Shown here piece by piece: positions 15,687 through 18,989 of a stretch of DNA of 18,989 bases. Each line of letters starts with the position of its first letter. Positions within the stretch are counted from its first letter, which is position 1. The notes beneath the pieces are model-generated. The model was not told the origin of the DNA, ran no database searches, and saw only the letters and a program-made list of their open reading frames with translations. Source of the DNA: Fidelibacterota bacterium (GTDB lineage: Bacteria; Fidelibacterota; Fidelibacteria; Fidelibacterales; Fidelibacteraceae); NCBI GenBank assembly GCA_034723415.1, contig JAYEOX010000045.1, forward strand, positions 1 through 18,989, in the 5' to 3' direction. A program made the translations under genes and the position numbers.

Positions 15687-16445
15687 ATGAATTTAAAAAA
15701 AATTAGAACAGCATTGCTCAGAACATTTTATTTTCTATGTGTTTTCTTTATTGTCTCAATAATCTCCGTTTTAATAATAAATTTTATTGTAATGCCGGCA
15801 ATAGAAAACAGAGGCGAGGAGAGAATATTATTAGATGTCAGAGACCTGTCTTGGGAAGAAGCTGCTTCATTATTAAAAAGAGAGGGGTTTATTCCAATGA
15901 GAGGGAAAATGAGACCTGCTTATGGTAAAGAACCTTTCACTGTTTTGAGTCAAAGACCAAATGCCGGATCACAAGTTAAAATGAAGCGAAGAGTTTATTT
16001 AGATCTTAGCACAACAGGAGCTAAAATTCCATTCTCAAATCTAATTGGGCATACATTGCGTAGTTCACGAATTATATTAGAAAACCAAAGGATGGTAATT
16101 GATACGGTATATTATAGATATTCAAGTAAACCAAGAAATGTTGTATTCTGGCAATCAGTCCCACCAGATAAAAAAGTTTTTCCCGGGACAAAAGTAAAAT
16201 TAAAAGTCAGCTTGGGACTTTCTGTGTGGACAGTGCCCGATGTAATTGATATGAGTAAAAAAGACGCTATTAACAAAATTAAAAGAGCCGGACTCGAAAT
16301 AGGGAAAATTACTGAAACTGTTCGTAATGATCTATTAGAAAATACAGTGCTTTCACAATCAATATCTCCGGAAACAGAATTGCATTCAAGAAAACGGATC
16401 AACATTGTTGTAAGTAAGTTCTCATCAAATTTTATTGAGGAATAA
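15687..16445 (+). CDS. Membrane-anchored PASTA-domain protein (about 3 PASTA repeats)
   Basis: One N-terminal TM helix, then repeats DVRDLS...VLSQRP-x-AG, NLIGHT...VFWQSV-x-P and VPDVIDMS...VLSQS-x-x-P. No kinase domain. Confidence 0.85.
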   Translation: MNLKKIRTALLRTFYFLCVFFIVSIISVLIINFIVMPAIENRGEERILLDVRDLSWEEAASLLKREGFIPMRGKMRPAYGKEPFTVLSQRPNAGSQVKMKRRVYLDLSTTGAKIPFSNLIGHTLRSSRIILENQRMVIDTVYYRYSSKPRNVVFWQSVPPDKKVFPGTKVKLKVSLGLSVWTVPDVIDMSKKDAINKIKRAGLEIGKITETVRNDLLENTVLSQSISPETELHSRKRINIVVSKFSSNFIEE

Positions 16446-16453
16446 ATACTAAA

Positions 16454-17050
16454 ATGCGAAGGAATGAAATAAATAGGAAATTGTCTCATATTTTTTCCGC
16501 ATTAGCTCCTTTTTCTTTTTTAATGATATTCAATTACTTTGGTGAATATACTTTTAACATTATTTTACTTATTTTCGGCATATTTACTATTTTATTTGTA
16601 GCAATTGATTTTTTGCGTCGTTATTCAAGTATACTCCAAAAAATATTTATATTCTTGTCATCACATAGCATGAGAGATACTGAAATAAAAAACCAACGAT
16701 TAACCGGCGCCTCTTGGCTTTTGATTGCTTTTTATCTTGTTCTATATATTTTCCCACTTGAATATGCTGTACCATCTTGCATAATATTATCTTTTAGTGA
16801 TACCGCAGCAGCTATTATAGGAATAAATTTCGGCAAACATAAATGGTATAAACAATATTCTATAGAGGGATCGGTTGCGTTTATTATAGTGGGATTATTG
16901 GTTCTTTTTATATTTTTACCTGAAATTAATTTTTGGTTGGCTTTATTGGTCGTTACCGCTGCAACTATCGGAGAGGGTGTAATCCCAATTATTGACGATA
17001 ACATTTCCATACCATTTATTTGTGCAACAATATTGTATTTCTTATACTAA
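16454..17050 (+). CDS. Diacylglycerol/polyprenol (phytol/dolichol) kinase-like membrane protein
   Basis: EINRKLSH, R-x-x-E...TGA, SDTAAAIIG-x-x-FGK, SIEGS and DDNISIP motifs; highly hydrophobic. Confidence 0.8.
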   Translation: MRRNEINRKLSHIFSALAPFSFLMIFNYFGEYTFNIILLIFGIFTILFVAIDFLRRYSSILQKIFIFLSSHSMRDTEIKNQRLTGASWLLIAFYLVLYIFPLEYAVPSCIILSFSDTAAAIIGINFGKHKWYKQYSIEGSVAFIIVGLLVLFIFLPEINFWLALLVVTAATIGEGVIPIIDDNISIPFICATILYFLY

Positions 17051-17069
17051 AAAATAATAATTTCAGATC

Positions 17070-18209
17070 ATGGATATGCCAATTTTACAACAAATAGATA
17101 AAACATATACTTTATGGCGCAAGAAGAAATTTCTCTTTTGGGGTGGATATGATTATTTTCGCCTATCTTGGCATCCTGAAATTATTGCAGCATTAAATAG
17201 ATCAAATAATATCTATGGAATAAATAGCAGTGGTTCTCGTGCCACTACAGGAAATCATCCATTACATGTTGAATTGGAAAATAAATTAGCGGAATTTTTT
17301 GACACCGATTCTGCTGTATTATTGCCAACCGGCTATCTTGCAAATATCGCTCTATTGCAAAGCATTCACACCAAATATAATAAAATATTTGTTGACGAAA
17401 ATATCCACGCAAGTATTATCGATGCTATAAAATTAACAAATAAAAAAGTAGAGAAATTTAAAAGTTTAGACGCTAATGATCTTAAAATAAAAATGGAAAC
17501 TTACTGTAAATCTGATACACGACCACTAATAATTACCGAAGGTGTAGGATTGACGATGAATGGTAATATTCCTCCATTAGATAAATATTTAAAATTAGCT
17601 AAACAATTCAACGGAACAGTTATTTCAGACGATGCTCATTCCGTAGGAATTTTAGGGAAAACCGGTAAAGGCACTTGGGAACATTTTAATTTATCGAGAA
17701 AAAATTTAATTCAAGTTGGAACATTAAGCAAGGCATTTGGTGTTTATGGTGGATTTGTTGTTGGGAAAAAGGAACTGATCAGAAAAATAAAAAACAGTAA
17801 TGTTTATATCGGAAGTTCGGCTTTCCCCCTGCCCTTATGCAAAGCATCAATAAAATCATTACAAATATTAAAAAATAATCAACAGATGATATTAGATCTA
17901 CAGAAACGATCATTAAATTTCAAAAAACGATTGAATGAAATTGGTTTCAATGTAAATATTTCACCAACACCTGTTATCAACCTAAGTTTTAAAGATGAAA
18001 ATATAAATCAAATATTAAAAAATATTTTGGTTGAAAGCAAAATTTATCCGTCATTTATTAAATATTTAAACGGACCTAAAAAAGGCTATTTTCGTTTTGC
18101 ATTATCTAGTGAACATTCTGATGAACAAATAGAAAAATTATATTCTTGTTTGAAAAAATTTAAAAGATTAACCACAAACAACACAAAGATACCACAAGGA
18201 ACACAATAA
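17070..18209 (+). CDS. Alpha-oxoamine synthase family PLP enzyme (BioF/8-amino-7-oxononanoate synthase-like)
   Basis: DYFRL, SGSR-x-x-x-G-x-x-x-LH-x-ELE, GYLAN, HASIIDA, DDAHS-x-G-x-x-G-x-x-G-x-G and GTLSKAFG (PLP Lys) motifs. Substrate uncertain. Confidence 0.8.
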   Translation: MDMPILQQIDKTYTLWRKKKFLFWGGYDYFRLSWHPEIIAALNRSNNIYGINSSGSRATTGNHPLHVELENKLAEFFDTDSAVLLPTGYLANIALLQSIHTKYNKIFVDENIHASIIDAIKLTNKKVEKFKSLDANDLKIKMETYCKSDTRPLIITEGVGLTMNGNIPPLDKYLKLAKQFNGTVISDDAHSVGILGKTGKGTWEHFNLSRKNLIQVGTLSKAFGVYGGFVVGKKELIRKIKNSNVYIGSSAFPLPLCKASIKSLQILKNNQQMILDLQKRSLNFKKRLNEIGFNVNISPTPVINLSFKDENINQILKNILVESKIYPSFIKYLNGPKKGYFRFALSSEHSDEQIEKLYSCLKKFKRLTTNNTKIPQGTQ

Positions 18210-18276
18210 TATATTTTGTTGTGATCCATATAATTTATAAAATTTGTAAAAATCTTTGTTGAGCTTCGTTGTAAAA
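18168..18276. repeat. CACAA-periodic repeat spanning the BioF-like gene 3' end, with a degenerate inverted arm
   Basis: ACCACAAACAACACAAAGAT-ACCACAAGGAACACAATAAT (18171-18210). Downstream CTTTGTTGAGCTTCGTTGTAAA (18254-18275) is an inverted relative. Confidence 0.5.
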
Positions 18277-18324
18277 TATTTTTACAATTAATGGAAATAT
18301 TTATTAAAAAACTCCCATAAAATC

Positions 18325-18348
18325 AAAAAGGCCTCAACTGAGACCTTT
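18325..18348 (-). terminator. Rho-independent terminator after the tRNA
   Basis: The - strand reads AAAGGTCTC-AGTT-GAGGCCTTTTT: a hairpin with one G-U pair followed by a U tract, directly 3' of the tRNA. Confidence 0.75.
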
Positions 18349-18354
18349 CATTAG

Positions 18355-18427
<73 letters not shown>

Positions 18428-18446
18428 TCATTTTTCAATAGATTAT

Positions 18447-18475
18447 AATATATAAAATAATTCTATTGATTGCAA
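18447..18475 (-). promoter_or_regulatory. Putative sigma70 promoter of tRNA-fMet
   Basis: On the - strand: TTGCAA (18475-18470), 17 nt, TATATT (18452-18447), about 20 nt upstream of the tRNA. Same -35 hexamer as the plsY candidate promoter. Confidence 0.6.
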
Positions 18476-18545
18476 GAAATATCTCGGAAAATCTTAAACA
18501 CTCCGATAATTTTAAGAAAGGTGGTCTATATTTTAATCTTTTTCT

Positions 18546-18625
18546 AAACTTCCAAAGTTTTTGACTATTACATCATAATAATATCAATAATTTCTCATTC
18601 TTTTTTTTTGAAACTTTGGAAATTT
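18546..18625. repeat. 15-bp inverted repeat pair (REP-like) separated by 50 nt
   Basis: AAACTTCCAAAGTTT (18546-18560) and AAACTTTGGAAATTT (18611-18625), one mismatch. Confidence 0.6.
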
Positions 18626-18651
18626 TAATATACAGCATCAAGTATTAAGCA

Positions 18652-18989
18652 TTATTTCATTAAAACTAATTTTTTAGTATTAGAATATTCCCCGGCTTCT
18701 ATTCTATAAAAATATATTCCACTTGCAAAATTAGAACCGTCGAATATAACAGAATAATTTCCAATTTCTTGCTGTTTAGAAATTAATGTTTTCACAAGCT
18801 GTCCTTTCAAATTAAAAACCTGTAAATTTACAAACTCCTTCTGTAGTAAACTGTATTCAATAGTTGTCTGTGGATTGAATGGATTTGGATAGTTCTGTTT
18901 TAGTGTAAAATCATTTGGTATATTTTTTTCGCTTATGCTCGTGCTAACTGTATCAATCACAATTAATTCAAAATCGTCGAGCCATAAAT
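18652..18989 (-). CDS. 3' end of a secreted protein with T9SS-type-A-like C-terminal domain (partial; runs off window)
   Basis: The frame is open to the window edge (LWLDDFELIVIDTVSTS...). Contains FTLKQNYPNPFNPQTTIEY...VFNLKGQLVKTL...ASGIYFYRI...KKLVLMK. Confidence 0.88.
   Translation of the reverse strand, partial: LWLDDFELIVIDTVSTSISEKNIPNDFTLKQNYPNPFNPQTTIEYSLLQKEFVNLQVFNLKGQLVKTLISKQQEIGNYSVIFDGSNFASGIYFYRIEAGEYSNTKKLVLMK

Noticed and set aside
759..17010. Short antisense or alternate-frame ORFs in the track (e.g. 759-1019, 2402-2776, 11757-12290, 12414-12806, 13675-13947, 16112-16489)
   Set aside because: They are shadows of well-supported genes, with no recognisable motifs.
18960..18960. 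Start codon of the terminal - strand ORF as given in the track
   Set aside because: The frame remains open to the window edge, so this GTG is an internal Val of a longer protein.

Overview
Very AT-rich chromosomal window from a diderm bacterium. Shine-Dalgarno-like motifs, TTGCAA-17-TAnAnT sigma70-like promoters, DUF2851 and 'NYPNPFN' C-terminal sorting-like domains suggest an FCB-group lineage outside Bacteroidota (inference). Two long + strand gene runs dominate. Run 1 (799-10210) is serS, plsC-type acyltransferase, DUF2851, rfaE2-type adenylyltransferase, a Tat-less reductive-dehalogenase-like 2x[4Fe-4S] protein, and two tandem paralogous secreted OB-fold/metallophosphoesterases. Run 2 (11007-18209) is plsY, a corrinoid protein, a UroD/MtaA-fold protein, fmt, rsmB, a PASTA protein, a polyprenol-kinase-like membrane protein and a BioF-like PLP enzyme. 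The flanks hold a short asparaginase-domain gene (-), an initiator tRNA-Met (-) and the 3' end of another sorting-domain protein (-). The 10211-11006 gap contains features missed by the ORF track: a start-less winged-HTH fragment, an apparent type ISP restriction-modification deletion scar, and a REP-like nested palindrome with compensatory changes. Several other small repeat families sit at gene ends. The best candidates for uncharacterised biology are the corrinoid/UroD-like pair inside a housekeeping operon, the dehalogenase-like protein, the charge-diverged phosphoesterase pair and the 9-nt-period repeats at stop codons. Family assignments come from motif recognition only; no searches were run.
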